From an uncultured Chloroflexia bacterium (lineage in GTDB: Bacteria; Chloroflexota; Limnocylindria; QHBO01), in NCBI GenBank assembly GCA_963767985.1, contig CAVYGE010000006.1, forward strand, positions 774,334 through 838,333: a stretch of DNA of 64,000 nucleotides, in the 5' to 3' direction. Of the stretch, positions 41,503 through 54,675 are shown in pieces. The notes beneath the pieces were generated by a model. That model ran no database searches and was not told the DNA's origin. It worked only from the letters and a program-made list of their open reading frames with translations. Made by a program: the position numbers and the translations under genes. Position 1 is the first letter of the stretch. Every line of letters starts with the position of its first letter.

Positions 41503-43886
41503 AGCTCCCCATCCTCGTCCGGCTCGACGTCGCCGCCCCAGCCGTCGGAGGTGATGAGCACCTCGCGGAAGCGGCTGCCGTCGGCGGCACCCACGATTCC
41601 GCGGTCCTCCATCTGGTCGAGGATGCGCGCCGCTCGGGCGTAGCCGATCCGCAACCTGCGTTGGAGCAGAGAGGCTGATGCCTTGTCGGAGCGCCGCACG
41701 ATGTCCACCGCCTGCGACAGCAGGGCATCGGCGTCGTCATCCCCGTCGTCCTCGCCGGGCTTGCCGCCCGGCTTGCCGTCGCGTCGCACAGCGGTGATCT
41801 CAGGCCGATACTGCGGTCCGCCCTGCGCGCGCCAGTGGCGGGCAACGGATTCGATCTCGGGGTCGGTGACAAGAACTCCCTGGAGGCGAACGGCACGGGG
41901 CGCGTCGATCGGCTGGTAGAGCATGTCGCCCCGCCCGAGCAGGTCCTCCGCACCCGTCGTATCGAGGATCGTGCGGCTGTCGATCCCGGACGTCATGGCG
42001 AAGGCGATGCGGCTCGGAATGTTCGCCTTGATGAGCCCGGTGATGACCTGCACCGAGGGCCGCTGGGTCGCCACGATGAGGTGAATGCCGGTCGCTCGGG
42101 CCAGCTGCGCGATGCGGGTGATCGTGGCCTCGACCTCGTAGGCGCTGACCATCATCAGGTCGGCAAGCTCGTCGATCACGATCACGATATAGGGCATCCG
42201 CGGCTCTCCGGCACGCAGCGCCTCGTTGTAACCCGCGATGTTGCGCACGCCGCGGGCGGCGAACTCACCGTAGCGGCTCTCCATGGTGCCGACGGTCCAC
42301 TTCAGGGCGTTGACGGCCTTATCCGGCTCGACGATCACCTCGCACAGCAGGTGCGGGATGCCCTTGTACTGCGCCAGCTCGACGCGCTTGGGGTCGATGA
42401 GGATGAGCTTGACCTCGGCGGGGGTCGCGCTCATGAGGAAGCTGTCGATGATCGCGTTGACGCACACGCTCTTGCCGGAACCGGTCGCGCCGGCGATGAG
42501 GAGGTGCGGCATCTTCGCCAGGTCGGCGCTGAAGGGCTGCCCGGCGACGTCCTGCCCCAGGGCGAACGCGAGCTTGGACTTCTTCGACGCCTCGGCGTGG
42601 TTCCGGCTGGCAAGGACCTCCTTCAGCGTGACGAGATCGAAGGCCGAGTTCGGGATCTCGACGCCGACGAAGGGCTCGCCGGGGATCGGCGCCTCGATCC
42701 GGATGCTGCGCGCGGCAAGCGCGAGCGCGAGGTTGTCCGACAGGCCCTCGATCCGGCTGAGCTTGATGCCGGGATCCACATCGAGGGCGTACTGCGTGAC
42801 GACCGGCCCCTCCTGGATTCGCGCGACCTTCACCCCGATGCCGAAATGAGCGAGCGTCTCGCGGATGCGCTGACCCTTGGCGGTGAGATCCATCTGCGCT
42901 GCGCTGGACTCGGGAGCGTCGGCGAGCAGCTCGAGGCGCGGGAGGTCCCACGTGCGCTCCACCGGCTCGAGCGCGGCATCCAGGCCGTCCGGCGCGGTCA
43001 CCTCGGCAAGGTGTGCCTCCTCGGTGTGCTCCAGCTCCTCCGTCACCGGGTGCGGGACGGCCGGCGCGTCGGGCGAAGCGACTGCCATCGGCACCGGCAC
43101 CGGCACCGGCGGCTGCGGTCGGCCGGTACCGTTGGATGGCGCCGGACGCTCCCGGCGCACGATGACCGGCGGCTCGTCGTCGGCGTCGTTGCCTCCGGCC
43201 AGCCGGTCTCGCATCCGATCGATCAGTCCGGGCGTGGGATCGCCGCTGCCGGCCGGCTCCTCGCGCGAACGCTGGTCGCTGCGCCCGCGTCGAGTGCCGG
43301 CCCTGCGGCTCTCTTCCGCGGCGATCTCGCGCCGCTCGTCGCGTCCGGCGAGGTAGGCCGCGATGAGGTCGCCGATCGTCATGTTGAAGTAGAGGAGCAG
43401 CCCGACCCCGGCGAGCAGCACGAGCACGATCCACGCTCCGGCGTTCCCGACTGCTCCGAGGAGCAGCACGCTCACGCCGAAGCCGATGGCTCCCCCGCCC
43501 TGGCCGGTGTCGATGGCCTCGGCGCCGGCGCCCACGCTGAGATGGAACATTCCGAGCAATGCCAGGGCGAACACGGTCGCGCCGGTTGCCGCCATCCAGC
43601 GTTCGGCCGGCATCGTCTTCATCCACAGCATCACGGCGAAGCCGGCCAGCAGCGGGGCCGCGAATGCGATCCCCCACCCCAGGGACGTCGTCAGCAGGTC
43701 GTGCCAGGGCTTGACGATCGCACCGGCGTCCGGGGCGAACAGCGCGATCACGCTGATGATGGCGAGCAGGAGCATGACGAGGGCCATCGCCTCGCGCACG
43801 AATCGAGCGCTGATGACCATCGGGCTCTTCTGCCGGCGCCGTCGCGTCGGCCGTCGTCGGGTTGTCGTCCTGCGTCGAGTCGCCAC
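41499..43886 (-). CDS. ftsK: DNA translocase FtsK/SpoIIIE
   Basis: N-terminal TM segments, a Pro-rich linker, a motor domain (GATGSGKS), and a C-terminal gamma winged-helix domain. Confidence 0.93.
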   Translation of the reverse strand: MATRRRTTTRRRPTRRRRQKSPMVISARFVREAMALVMLLLAIISVIALFAPDAGAIVKPWHDLLTTSLGWGIAFAAPLLAGFAVMLWMKTMPAERWMAATGATVFALALLGMFHLSVGAGAEAIDTGQGGGAIGFGVSVLLLGAVGNAGAWIVLVLLAGVGLLLYFNMTIGDLIAAYLAGRDERREIAAEESRRAGTRRGRSDQRSREEPAGSGDPTPGLIDRMRDRLAGGNDADDEPPVIVRRERPAPSNGTGRPQPPVPVPVPMAVASPDAPAVPHPVTEELEHTEEAHLAEVTAPDGLDAALEPVERTWDLPRLELLADAPESSAAQMDLTAKGQRIRETLAHFGIGVKVARIQEGPVVTQYALDVDPGIKLSRIEGLSDNLALALAARSIRIEAPIPGEPFVGVEIPNSAFDLVTLKEVLASRNHAEASKKSKLAFALGQDVAGQPFSADLAKMPHLLIAGATGSGKSVCVNAIIDSFLMSATPAEVKLILIDPKRVELAQYKGIPHLLCEVIVEPDKAVNALKWTVGTMESRYGEFAARGVRNIAGYNEALRAGEPRMPYIVIVIDELADLMMVSAYEVEATITRIAQLARATGIHLIVATQRPSVQVITGLIKANIPSRIAFAMTSGIDSRTILDTTGAEDLLGRGDMLYQPIDAPRAVRLQGVLVTDPEIESVARHWRAQGGPQYRPEITAVRRDGKPGGKPGEDDGDDDADALLSQAVDIVRRSDKASASLLQRRLRIGYARAARILDQMEDRGIVGAADGSRFREVLITSDGWGGDVEPDEDGEL

Positions 43887-43894
43887 GTGCCGGG

Positions 43895-45559
43895 TCAGAC
43901 CTCCATCACGATCGGGAGGATCATCGGGCGACGCTTCGTCTTCTGGTGGAAGTAGCGGCTCAGCGTGTCCCGAATCTTCGTCTTCACGTAGCCGGCCTCG
44001 GCGTTGTGCTCGTCCTCGTGCCGCTGGCGCAGCGCGTCCATGAGGTGATCACGCGCGGCGCCCATGATCGGATCCTCGGGATCGGACAGGAAGCCACGGC
44101 TGACGAGATCCGGCAGACCGACCGGCTGGCCGGTCTTGGCATCGATGGTCAGCGCCACCATCACGACGCCGTCGGATGCCAGCATGCGCCGATCGCGCAG
44201 GACGACGCCGTCGATCCCGTCGATCGCGGCAATGCCGTCGACGAGAACAGCGCCGGCGGTGACGCTCCCCGCCATGCGCCCCGTTTCGCCGTCGAAATCG
44301 ACCACCTGGCCGTTCTCGAGCACGAAGATCTTGTCCACGTCGACCCCGGCACCCTCGGCCAGGAGCGCGTGCTGGACGAGCATCCGGTACTCGCCGTGGA
44401 TCGGGATGAAGTGCCGGGGCTTCACCAGCCCCAGCATGAGCTTGAGCTCCTCGCGCGAGCCGTGCCCGGAGACGTGGCAATGGACGATCGGCTCGTAGTG
44501 CACCATCGCCCCCTCCTTGAACAGGTTGTCGATCGTCTTGGCGACCGCCTCCTCGTTCCCGGGAATCGGGCTGGCCGAGACGATGACGGTGTCACCGGGC
44601 TCGATCGTGATGTTGCGGTGGTCGCGGTTGCTCATGCGCGTCAGGCCGCTCATCGGCTCGCCCTGCGACCCGGTGGTCATGACCACGAGCTGTTCCTTGG
44701 GGAGCCGTTGCAGCTGGTCTTTCCTGACCAGGGTGCCGTCGCGGGCGTCGAGGTAGCCTCGCTCCAGCGCAATGGCGGTGTTCTGCTCCATGCTCCGGCC
44801 GAGGGCCACCATCTTCCGACCGTGCCCCCACGCCGCATCAATCACCTGCTGGACGCGACCGATGTTGCTGGCGAATGTCGCCACGATCACCCGCCCGGGC
44901 GCCTCGCCGACCAAACGATGCAGGGACTCGCCGACGGTCGTCTCCGAGAGCGTGTAGCCCTCCTTCTCGGCGCGGGTGGAGTCGGAGAGGAGGAACTCCA
45001 CCCCCCGATTGCCGATCTCGGCGATGAGACCCAGGTCCGCGCGCCGTCCATCCGGCGGCGTGTGGTCGAACTTGAAGTCGCCGGTGTGCACGATCGTGCC
45101 GAGGCGCGTCGTGATCGCGTACCCGACACCGTCCGGGATCGAGTGGTTCACCCGGAACGGCGTGATGCGGAACGAGCCGACCGAGAACTCCCGCCCAGGC
45201 TCGATGACGTGGAGCGGCGTCGAGTCGAGCAGCTTGTGCTCACGCAGCTTGCCCTGCACGAGGCCCTCGGTGAGGCGCGTCGCGTAGATCGGCGTGCCCG
45301 GAATCTTGGGCAGGACGTACGGCAGTGCTCCGGTGTGGTCCTCGTGGCCGTGGGTCAGGACGATGCCGCGCACCCGGTCCCGGTTCTCGGCCAGGTAGGT
45401 GGCGTCGGGGATGACGAGATCGATGCCCAGCATCTCCGGCTCGGGAAACGCAAGGCCGCAGTCGACCACGAGGATCTCGTCGTCGACCTCGATGACGGTG
45501 ATGTTCTTGCCGACCTCGCCCACCCCGCCGAGCGGGATGATGCGCAGGGAATCAGGCAT
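43895..45559 (-). CDS. rnj: Ribonuclease J
   Basis: Metallo-beta-lactamase / beta-CASP architecture. LRIIPLGGVGEVGKN...HGHEDHTG. 554 aa, intact. Confidence 0.93.
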   Translation of the reverse strand: MPDSLRIIPLGGVGEVGKNITVIEVDDEILVVDCGLAFPEPEMLGIDLVIPDATYLAENRDRVRGIVLTHGHEDHTGALPYVLPKIPGTPIYATRLTEGLVQGKLREHKLLDSTPLHVIEPGREFSVGSFRITPFRVNHSIPDGVGYAITTRLGTIVHTGDFKFDHTPPDGRRADLGLIAEIGNRGVEFLLSDSTRAEKEGYTLSETTVGESLHRLVGEAPGRVIVATFASNIGRVQQVIDAAWGHGRKMVALGRSMEQNTAIALERGYLDARDGTLVRKDQLQRLPKEQLVVMTTGSQGEPMSGLTRMSNRDHRNITIEPGDTVIVSASPIPGNEEAVAKTIDNLFKEGAMVHYEPIVHCHVSGHGSREELKLMLGLVKPRHFIPIHGEYRMLVQHALLAEGAGVDVDKIFVLENGQVVDFDGETGRMAGSVTAGAVLVDGIAAIDGIDGVVLRDRRMLASDGVVMVALTIDAKTGQPVGLPDLVSRGFLSDPEDPIMGAARDHLMDALRQRHEDEHNAEAGYVKTKIRDTLSRYFHQKTKRRPMILPIVMEV

Positions 45560-46261
45560 TCAGTGCTCCTGGAAGAGGGTCATCTGTTCGGCCTCGTCGG
45601 CCGTCGCGTCGAGAGCTTCTTCTCGATCGACCGCCTCCTGGACCTGGACCGATGCCGGTCGCTCTTCCTCGAGCGCCCGACGGGCGTCCAGCAGTGCCGC
45701 CGGCAGGCCTCGGATGTCACGGAACAGCGTTTCGCGCAGCGAGGCCTGGTGCAGCGCCGCAGCAGGATGGTACATCGGGAAGACGTGCTGCCCGGTGAAC
45801 GACCGACGAAGATGGCCGTGGGAGCCGCCGATTCGAGCGCCCGGCAGGTAGCGCTGCAGCGAGTGACGGCCGAGCGTCACCACCACGGCGGGCTGCAGAG
45901 CGCGCTCCTGCGCATCGAGGTACGGAGCGCAGGCGGCCTTTTCCTGGGGCTCCGGATCGCGGTTGGCCGGCGGGCGGCACTTCACCACGTTCGTGATGAA
46001 GACGTCCGCCCTCGTCCAGCCGATGGCCCCCAGCAGCTCCGTCAGCAGCTCGCCCGCGGGTCCGACGAACGGCCGGCCCGTGCGATCCTCCCGCGCGCCG
46101 GGCCCCTCCCCCACCAGCAGGACGTCGCTCAGGAGGTTGCCCTCGCCGGGAACGGCGAGCGTCCGACCCGCCGCGAGTGGGCACCGGACACAGCCGCGGA
46201 CCTCATCCGCGATCTGCGCCAGCGCCTGCGCGCTCTCTGCCGGCTCGCTCGCGTCGTCCAT
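45560..46261 (-). CDS. Uracil-DNA glycosylase, family 4
   Basis: CVRCPL...GEGPGAREDRTGRPFVGPAG...Family-4 UDG motifs. There is zero-nt spacing to the rnj start. Confidence 0.85.
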   Translation of the reverse strand: MDDASEPAESAQALAQIADEVRGCVRCPLAAGRTLAVPGEGNLLSDVLLVGEGPGAREDRTGRPFVGPAGELLTELLGAIGWTRADVFITNVVKCRPPANRDPEPQEKAACAPYLDAQERALQPAVVVTLGRHSLQRYLPGARIGGSHGHLRRSFTGQHVFPMYHPAAALHQASLRETLFRDIRGLPAALLDARRALEEERPASVQVQEAVDREEALDATADEAEQMTLFQEH

Positions 46262-46280
46262 CGCGTGCGGCCGGCGCGGC

Positions 46281-48891
<2,611 letters not shown>

Positions 48892-49043
48892 TGATTCCTC
48901 CAGTGATGTTCTGATGGCGGCCCACGCTCGGTTCCCGTGGCGCGCTTTTTGAGCGCGGCGTCAGGCGGGGGTGGGTGCCAGGTGAGTTCGTGCGATGTGC
49001 GAAACCCAGGGCCGATCCGGTCCTGGGTTGACGCGAAATGGTG

Positions 49044-49343
49044 CTAGCGGCGAAGCCCCAGGCTGCCGATGACGGTGCGGTACCGGTCCACGTCATTGCG
49101 GACGAGGTACGCCAGCAGCCGCCGGCGCTGCCCGACGAGCTTCAGAAGCCCGCGGCGCGAGTGATTGTCCTTGGGGTAGCTGCGCAGGTGATCAGTCAGC
49201 GACTTGATCCGCTCGGTGAGAAGCGCAATCTGCACCTCGGGCGACCCGGTGTCGCCCTCGTGCGTGGCGTACTCGTCGACGATTGCGCTCTTCGCGTCCT
49301 TGGCGAGCGGCACGTATTCCTCCACATTCGTTTCCGTAACCAT
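49044..49343 (-). CDS. rpsO: 30S ribosomal protein S15
   Basis: ...[24 protein letters not shown]...[20 protein letters not shown]. Confidence 0.93.
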   Translation of the reverse strand: MVTETNVEEYVPLAKDAKSAIVDEYATHEGDTGSPEVQIALLTERIKSLTDHLRSYPKDNHSRRGLLKLVGQRRRLLAYLVRNDVDRYRTVIGSLGLRR

Positions 49344-49383
49344 CGGAGTCTAGCAGAGGGTCGACCGCCTCGCCACGCTGGTG

Positions 49384-50310
49384 TCAGCCGATTCTTGCTC
49401 GGGCGTCGGCCTCGTCGATCCGCATCTGGGCCACCAGCGCGTCGGCACTGTCGAAGCGCCGCTCGGACCGCAGTCGCTCCTCGATCTCGACGTCGAGCAC
49501 GGCATCGTAGAGATCCCCGTCCCAGTCGAGGAGGTACACCTCCACCAGGACGCGCCCGTCGTCATGGAACGTGGGACGGACGCCGACGCTGACGAGGGCC
49601 GGATGCCCCGGCCCGACGTCGCGCTCCGGGACGTGCACGCGTCCGAGGTAGATGCCGAGCGCCGGCAGCGCGGCGCGATATCCGAACTCGAGATTGGCCG
49701 TCGGGAATCCCAGCTCTCGGCCGCGCTCGTCGCCGTGGACGACGGTGCCACGAAGGAGCGGTGCGGCACCGAGCAGGTTCCTTGCCTCCCCCACTGCTCC
49801 CGAGGCGAGGGCCGCTCGGACCCGCGTGGACGACACGGGCGCGCCGTCGAGCACGAGTGGCTCGACGGCGATGCACTCCCACCCGTTGACGGCGCCGATC
49901 TCGGAGACGCGGTCGAGCGTTCCGGCGCGCGCTCGACCGAAGGCGCTGTCGGGGGTCATGGTGATGCCGCGCAGCTCGATGGCCGGGCCGAGCGCCGCTA
50001 GAAATGCCTCGGGATCGAGTGCGCGCAACGCCTCGTCGAATCGGAGCTCGACCACGTGGTCCGCGGCGGACGCGAGTCGCTCGAGTGTGACCTCCGGGGG
50101 AAGCAGCCGCTCGACGACGACGCCCGGCCGGATCACTTCGTCGGGGTGCGGGGCGAAGACGACCGCCACGCTGGCTGCACCGCGATCCCGCGCGGCGGTC
50201 GCGGTGGCATGCAGCACATGGCGGTGGCCGAGGTGGACGCCATCGAAGACCCCGAGCGTGATGACCGCAGGACCGATGGCCGGCAGGTTCGCCAGCTCGA
50301 CCGCGCTCAT
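49384..50310 (-). CDS. ribF: Bifunctional riboflavin kinase / FAD synthetase
   Basis: ITLGVFDGVHLGHRHVL (FAD synthetase) and C-terminal GFPTANL...riboflavin kinase. Start at MSAVELANL. Confidence 0.9.
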   Translation of the reverse strand: MSAVELANLPAIGPAVITLGVFDGVHLGHRHVLHATATAARDRGAASVAVVFAPHPDEVIRPGVVVERLLPPEVTLERLASAADHVVELRFDEALRALDPEAFLAALGPAIELRGITMTPDSAFGRARAGTLDRVSEIGAVNGWECIAVEPLVLDGAPVSSTRVRAALASGAVGEARNLLGAAPLLRGTVVHGDERGRELGFPTANLEFGYRAALPALGIYLGRVHVPERDVGPGHPALVSVGVRPTFHDDGRVLVEVYLLDWDGDLYDAVLDVEIEERLRSERRFDSADALVAQMRIDEADARARIG

Positions 50311-51191
50311 GGGGTGGTGGCCATCGGCAGGACCTTTTCGGGCTGCAGGACGCCGTTGGTGATCGACCCCACGCCGATCACCTCGTCGTCCTGGAAGACG
50401 GCGACACGTCCCTCCGCGCCGGCCACCGGTCGTGCCGAGCCGTGCCGGAAGGCATCGGCCGCCTCGTCGGGGAGGACGATGCGCGGAAGCGGCAGAAGGT
50501 CGCCCACGGCCAGCACGGCCTCCGACAGGCGGCCCTCCGACGCGAGGGCCTCGAGCACCTCCGGCGTCACGGCATGCTCCACGCTGAGGCCGGCGGCCTC
50601 GGTGCGGCGCAGGGCCCGGAGATAGCCCCCGCAACCCAGGCGATCGCCAAGGTCACGGGCGATGGACCGCACGTAGGTGCCGGCCGCGCACCGCAGGTCG
50701 ATCCGCACGTCGACGAACTCCCCTCCGCGCTCGATCTCGATCAGGTCGATGGCGTGGATCGTCACGGATCGGGCCGGGACGAGAATCGGGTCACCCGATC
50801 GAGCGGCGCGATGGGCCGTGCGGCCGCCGACCTTCCGCGCGGAGAAGCTGGGCGGCTGCTGGTCGAACGTCCCGACGAATTCGCTCACGGCCGACCTCAC
50901 GTCGTCGTCCGCCGGTAGCGGACCGCTTCCCGACTCGATGGGGCCTTCGGCGTCGTCCGTCGCGCTCCGCGCGCCGAGACGGATCACGGCGTCGTAGCGC
51001 TTGCGCCCACCGGTCAATTCCTCGCTGAACCGCGTCGCGGCACCAACGAGAATCGGGAGGACGCCGGATGCGAGCGGGTCGAGGGTGCCGGCGTGTCCGA
51101 TGCGGCGTGTCCCGCTCAGCCGTCGCAGCATTCCCACCATGTCGTGGCTGGTCGGCCCGACCGGCTTGTCGAGATTAACGACCCCGAGCAT
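50307..51191 (-). CDS. truB: tRNA pseudouridine(55) synthase TruB
   Basis: GVVNLDKPVGPTSHDMV...GHAGTLDPLASGVL. 4-nt overlap with ribF. Confidence 0.93.
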   Translation of the reverse strand: MLGVVNLDKPVGPTSHDMVGMLRRLSGTRRIGHAGTLDPLASGVLPILVGAATRFSEELTGGRKRYDAVIRLGARSATDDAEGPIESGSGPLPADDDVRSAVSEFVGTFDQQPPSFSARKVGGRTAHRAARSGDPILVPARSVTIHAIDLIEIERGGEFVDVRIDLRCAAGTYVRSIARDLGDRLGCGGYLRALRRTEAAGLSVEHAVTPEVLEALASEGRLSEAVLAVGDLLPLPRIVLPDEAADAFRHGSARPVAGAEGRVAVFQDDEVIGVGSITNGVLQPEKVLPMATTP

Positions 51192-52158
51192 CGGCTCGAT
51201 CGAGCTCGCGCTCGCATTCGGCCAGCAGCAGCGTCGTGGCCTCGTTCAACGCCTCGTCGATCGAGCACCCGGCAGCACGAGCGTGACCGCCGCCTCCGAA
51301 GGCCGAGGTGATCGCCACCGCGTCCGCGCGTGCGGAGGTCCGGACGCTGGCGCGGGTGTGCGTGGCGTCGACCTCCTTGAGGAGAACCGTGATGTCGGCG
51401 ACCTTGGTGGTGGCCAGGAGGTCGATGAAGCCCTCGGATGCCACCGGCTCGGTGCCGGTCTCCGAGAGCATGGCGTTCGTCATCGCGGCATGCACCAGGC
51501 GGCCATCGCGCCGCTGATCCATGCCCGCCATGATGCGGCCCCAGAGGGCGAGCGTGCCGAACGGCTTGTCCGCGTAGATCGAGCGATGGATGGCCGCCAG
51601 CGGCGCGCCCGCCGCCACGAGGTCCGCCCCGACGCGCAGCGTCCTCGGGGTGGCGTTCGGATGCGAGAAGGTGTGCGTGTCCTGCACGATGCCTGCGGTC
51701 AGGACGGTGGCGATCGGAACGTCCAGCTCGACACCGAGGTCCGGAATGAGGAGCGCCATCATCTCGCAGGTCGCCGCGGCCTCGGCGTCGATCCAGGAAG
51801 CGATCGCGCCTGCTCCGTCGTTGGAGACGTGATGGTCGACGTTCACGATGCGCGCGCGCGCCAGCCACTCGGCGGATTCGACGACCACCGCGCCGGTCCG
51901 GGACAGCGGGCCATCGAGCACGACGGCAAGGTCCGGCTCGAGCTGGGGACGCGTCCTGACGGCCGCGGCTCCGGGAAGCTCGATCAGGCTGGGAGGCACC
52001 GGATCGGCGGCGACCACCTCGCCCTGCTTTCCGAGCTTCTCGACGGCCATGCGCAGCGCCAGCGCCGAGCCGAGCGTGTCCGCGTCCGGATTCTCGTGAC
52101 AGATCGCCGTGATGCGATCGGCGCCGAGGATGGCCTCGGCGACGTCGGCGCGGCTCAA
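51175..52158 (-). CDS. nrnA: DHH/DHHA1 phosphoesterase (NrnA-like bifunctional oligoribonuclease / pAp phosphatase)
   Basis: ITAICHENPDADTLGSALAL...DHH...[10 protein letters not shown] (DHHA1). TTG start overlaps the rbfA stop (TTGA). The start is uncertain. Confidence 0.75.
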   Translation of the reverse strand: MSRADVAEAILGADRITAICHENPDADTLGSALALRMAVEKLGKQGEVVAADPVPPSLIELPGAAAVRTRPQLEPDLAVVLDGPLSRTGAVVVESAEWLARARIVNVDHHVSNDGAGAIASWIDAEAAATCEMMALLIPDLGVELDVPIATVLTAGIVQDTHTFSHPNATPRTLRVGADLVAAGAPLAAIHRSIYADKPFGTLALWGRIMAGMDQRRDGRLVHAAMTNAMLSETGTEPVASEGFIDLLATTKVADITVLLKEVDATHTRASVRTSARADAVAITSAFGGGGHARAAGCSIDEALNEATTLLLAECERELDRADARGR

Positions 52159-52502
52159 CCCTGATCCTCCTCGATCTCGCGAAGCAGGCGCAGCACCCGA
52201 TCCCCCGCCTCGATCGAGTCGTCGTGCTTGATGACCAGCTGTGGGACATGGCGCAGCGTCAGGCGACTCCCGAGCTGACGGCGCAGCCACGGCGCGGCGT
52301 CGCCCAGGGCCTTCATCGTCTGCTCCCGCTCGTCATCGGTTCCCATGATGCTGACCCAGACCTTGGCCGTGCCGAGATCTCGCGCCGTCTCGACGCGCGT
52401 GATGGTCGCGAACCCGATGCGCGGGTCCTTCATCTCGCGCTGCATCAGCTCGGCGAGCTCGGCCCGGATCTGGCTGTCGAGCCGATCCGTTCGCTGGCTC
52501 AT
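52155..52502 (-). CDS. rbfA: Ribosome-binding factor A
   Basis: Full-length 115-aa RbfA match. Confidence 0.9.
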   Translation of the reverse strand: MSQRTDRLDSQIRAELAELMQREMKDPRIGFATITRVETARDLGTAKVWVSIMGTDDEREQTMKALGDAAPWLRRQLGSRLTLRHVPQLVIKHDDSIEAGDRVLRLLREIEEDQG

Positions 52503-52505
52503 CGG

Positions 52506-54413
52506 CTATGCCTGCTCGGTCACCATCTGGTAGCACTCGATGACGTCGCCCTCGGCGATGTCATCCGCGTCCAGGCCGATGCCGCACTCGAAGCCGGTGG
52601 CGACCTCGCGAACGTCGTCCTTGAAGCGCTTCAGCGAGGTGATGCGCGCGTCGGCGATGAGCTCGCCGCCCCGCATCAGCCGTGCCTGGCCGCCGCGCAC
52701 GATCCGTCCGTCGGTCACGTAGGACCCGGCGACGTTTCCGGCGCGTCCGGCCTTGATCACCATGCGGACCTCGGCGTGGCCCTCGATCTGCTCTACCACC
52801 TTCGGCGCCAGCAGGCCCTTGAGCGCCTGCCCGACGTCGTCGGTGAGCTTGTAGATGACGTCGTACAGCCGCACGTCCACGCCGGTCACCTCCACCGAGC
52901 GCTGGGCGCCGGCGTCGAGCTTGGCGTTGAACCCGATGACCACCGCGTCCGACGCGGAGGCGAGGTTGATGTCGCTCTCGTTGATGTCACCGGCACCTTC
53001 GCGCAGGATGTTGATCCGGACCTCTTCGGTGTTGAGGCGTTCGACGGAGTGACGAATCGCTCCGAGCGAGCCCTGGACGTCGGTCTTGAGCACGACCTTG
53101 AGCTCGGCGACCTCGGCGTCCTTGATCTGGGCGCTGATCTCCTCGAGGCTGCTGACCTTCTGGCCGTCGGCGCCGGCGGCAACGCGGTCCGCGGCCTCCG
53201 CGGCATCGCGAGCGGTCTTCTCGTCGGCCACGACGCGCAGGATGTCGCCGGCCTCCGGCAGACCCTGCAGCCCGATGATCTCGACGGCAGAAGCGGGCTC
53301 CGCCTGCTTCACGCGCTTCCCGGCCGCATTGTTCAGGGCGCGGACGCGTCCCCAGGTGCGTCCCACGCTCACGATCTGGCCCATCTTCAGCGTGCCGGTC
53401 TGGACGAGGACGGTGGCCACGTTGCCACGGCCCTTGTCGACCTTCGACTCGACGATGGTGCCGATGGCATCGCGGTCCGGGTTGGCCTTGAGGTCCTGGA
53501 GGTCGGCGACGAGCAGGACCATCTCCATCAGGTCGTCGATTCCGGTGCGCTGCTTGGCGCTCACGGGCACCGCGATCACGTCGCCGCCGTACTCCTCGAT
53601 CAGGACCTTGTTGTCGGCCAGCTCCTGCTTGACCCGGTCGGGCTGGGCATCGGGCTTGTCGACCTTGTTGATCGCAACGATCATCGGCACCCGTGCGGCC
53701 CGCACGTGGTCGATGGCCTCCTTGGTCTGCGGCATCACGCCGTCGTCGGCGGCGACCACGATGATCGCGATGTCCGTGACCTGGGCGCCACGAGCGCGCA
53801 TGGCGGTGAACGCCTCGTGCCCGGGCGTGTCGAGGAACACGATGCGCTTGTCGTTGTGCATCACCTCGCTGGCGCCGATGTGCTGCGTGATGCCACCACT
53901 TTCGCCGGAGGCGACCTTCGTCTCGCGGATCGCGTCGAGCAGGCTCGTCTTGCCGTGATCGACGTGCCCCATCACGGTCACGATCGGCGCCCGCGTCGTG
54001 AGCTTGGCGGGATCATCCTCGGTCCACAGGACGGGCTTGCCGTCGCCCTCCTCGGCACTGCCCGGCTTGACGAGGTCCTGCTCGGTTGCGGCAGCCGCGG
54101 CGGCCCGATCGGCGGCACCACCCTCGGTCGTCTCGAAGCCGAGCTCGGCGGCCACCAGCGACGCGGTATCGAAGTCGATCGTCTGGTTCACCGTCGCGAA
54201 GATCCCGTTGCGGATCAGGACGCTGATGACTTCGGCGTGGCTGACGCTCAGCGCCTCGGCGAAGTCCTTGACCGCGATGGAGCTCGGCAGCTCGATCGGG
54301 CCCGACGGCCGGACCGGCGCCTGGGCCTCGGTCGCGACTCCGCCGCCGGGTCCACCGGGCCGCTTGCGCTGCGGGCGAGGCCCGCGACGTGGTCGATATC
54401 TACGTGGTGGCAT
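52506..54413 (-). CDS. infB: Translation initiation factor IF-2, a short form without the long N-terminal domains
   Basis: G-domain (VTVMGHVDHGKTSLLD...DTPGHEAF...NKVD) and C-terminal beta-barrels. 635 aa. Confidence 0.93.
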   Translation of the reverse strand: MPPRRYRPRRGPRPQRKRPGGPGGGVATEAQAPVRPSGPIELPSSIAVKDFAEALSVSHAEVISVLIRNGIFATVNQTIDFDTASLVAAELGFETTEGGAADRAAAAAATEQDLVKPGSAEEGDGKPVLWTEDDPAKLTTRAPIVTVMGHVDHGKTSLLDAIRETKVASGESGGITQHIGASEVMHNDKRIVFLDTPGHEAFTAMRARGAQVTDIAIIVVAADDGVMPQTKEAIDHVRAARVPMIVAINKVDKPDAQPDRVKQELADNKVLIEEYGGDVIAVPVSAKQRTGIDDLMEMVLLVADLQDLKANPDRDAIGTIVESKVDKGRGNVATVLVQTGTLKMGQIVSVGRTWGRVRALNNAAGKRVKQAEPASAVEIIGLQGLPEAGDILRVVADEKTARDAAEAADRVAAGADGQKVSSLEEISAQIKDAEVAELKVVLKTDVQGSLGAIRHSVERLNTEEVRINILREGAGDINESDINLASASDAVVIGFNAKLDAGAQRSVEVTGVDVRLYDVIYKLTDDVGQALKGLLAPKVVEQIEGHAEVRMVIKAGRAGNVAGSYVTDGRIVRGGQARLMRGGELIADARITSLKRFKDDVREVATGFECGIGLDADDIAEGDVIECYQMVTEQA

Positions 54414-54675
54414 GTGGTGCTCCCTTGATCTCGAGCGTTTCGGGTGCTGGCTCGGTCCCGAGCGCTCGCTTCACGGCGGCCGCGCTGCGCTCGACGTCGC
54501 GGCAGGCCGGGTCCTGGCAGATGTAGGTTCCGCGACCGGGCACGCGGCCCGTTTCGTCGCGATGGATGGAGCCGTCGGGGGCGCGGACGATGCGCGTCAT
54601 GTCGCGCTTCGGATGCGACTGGCGGCAGACGGCGCACGTCCTCGTCGGGACGTGATCAGGTCGCCGCTTCGGCAT
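54400..54675 (-). CDS. ylxR: YlxR/DUF448-family RNA-binding protein
   Basis: RTCAVCRQSHPKRDMTRIVRAPDGSIHRDETGRVPGRGTYIC. Start set at MPKRRPD. Confidence 0.75.
   Translation of the reverse strand: MPKRRPDHVPTRTCAVCRQSHPKRDMTRIVRAPDGSIHRDETGRVPGRGTYICQDPACRDVERSAAAVKRALGTEPAPETLEIKGAPHATT

Noticed and set aside
41835-43955. 706-aa plus-strand ORF (and the 452-aa ORF at 42319..43677)
   Set aside because: Both lie within or antisense to ftsK, which is intact and strongly conserved. The translations are junk-like.
52224-54428. 734-aa plus-strand ORF
   Set aside because: Antisense to infB (IF-2, intact). No domain signal.
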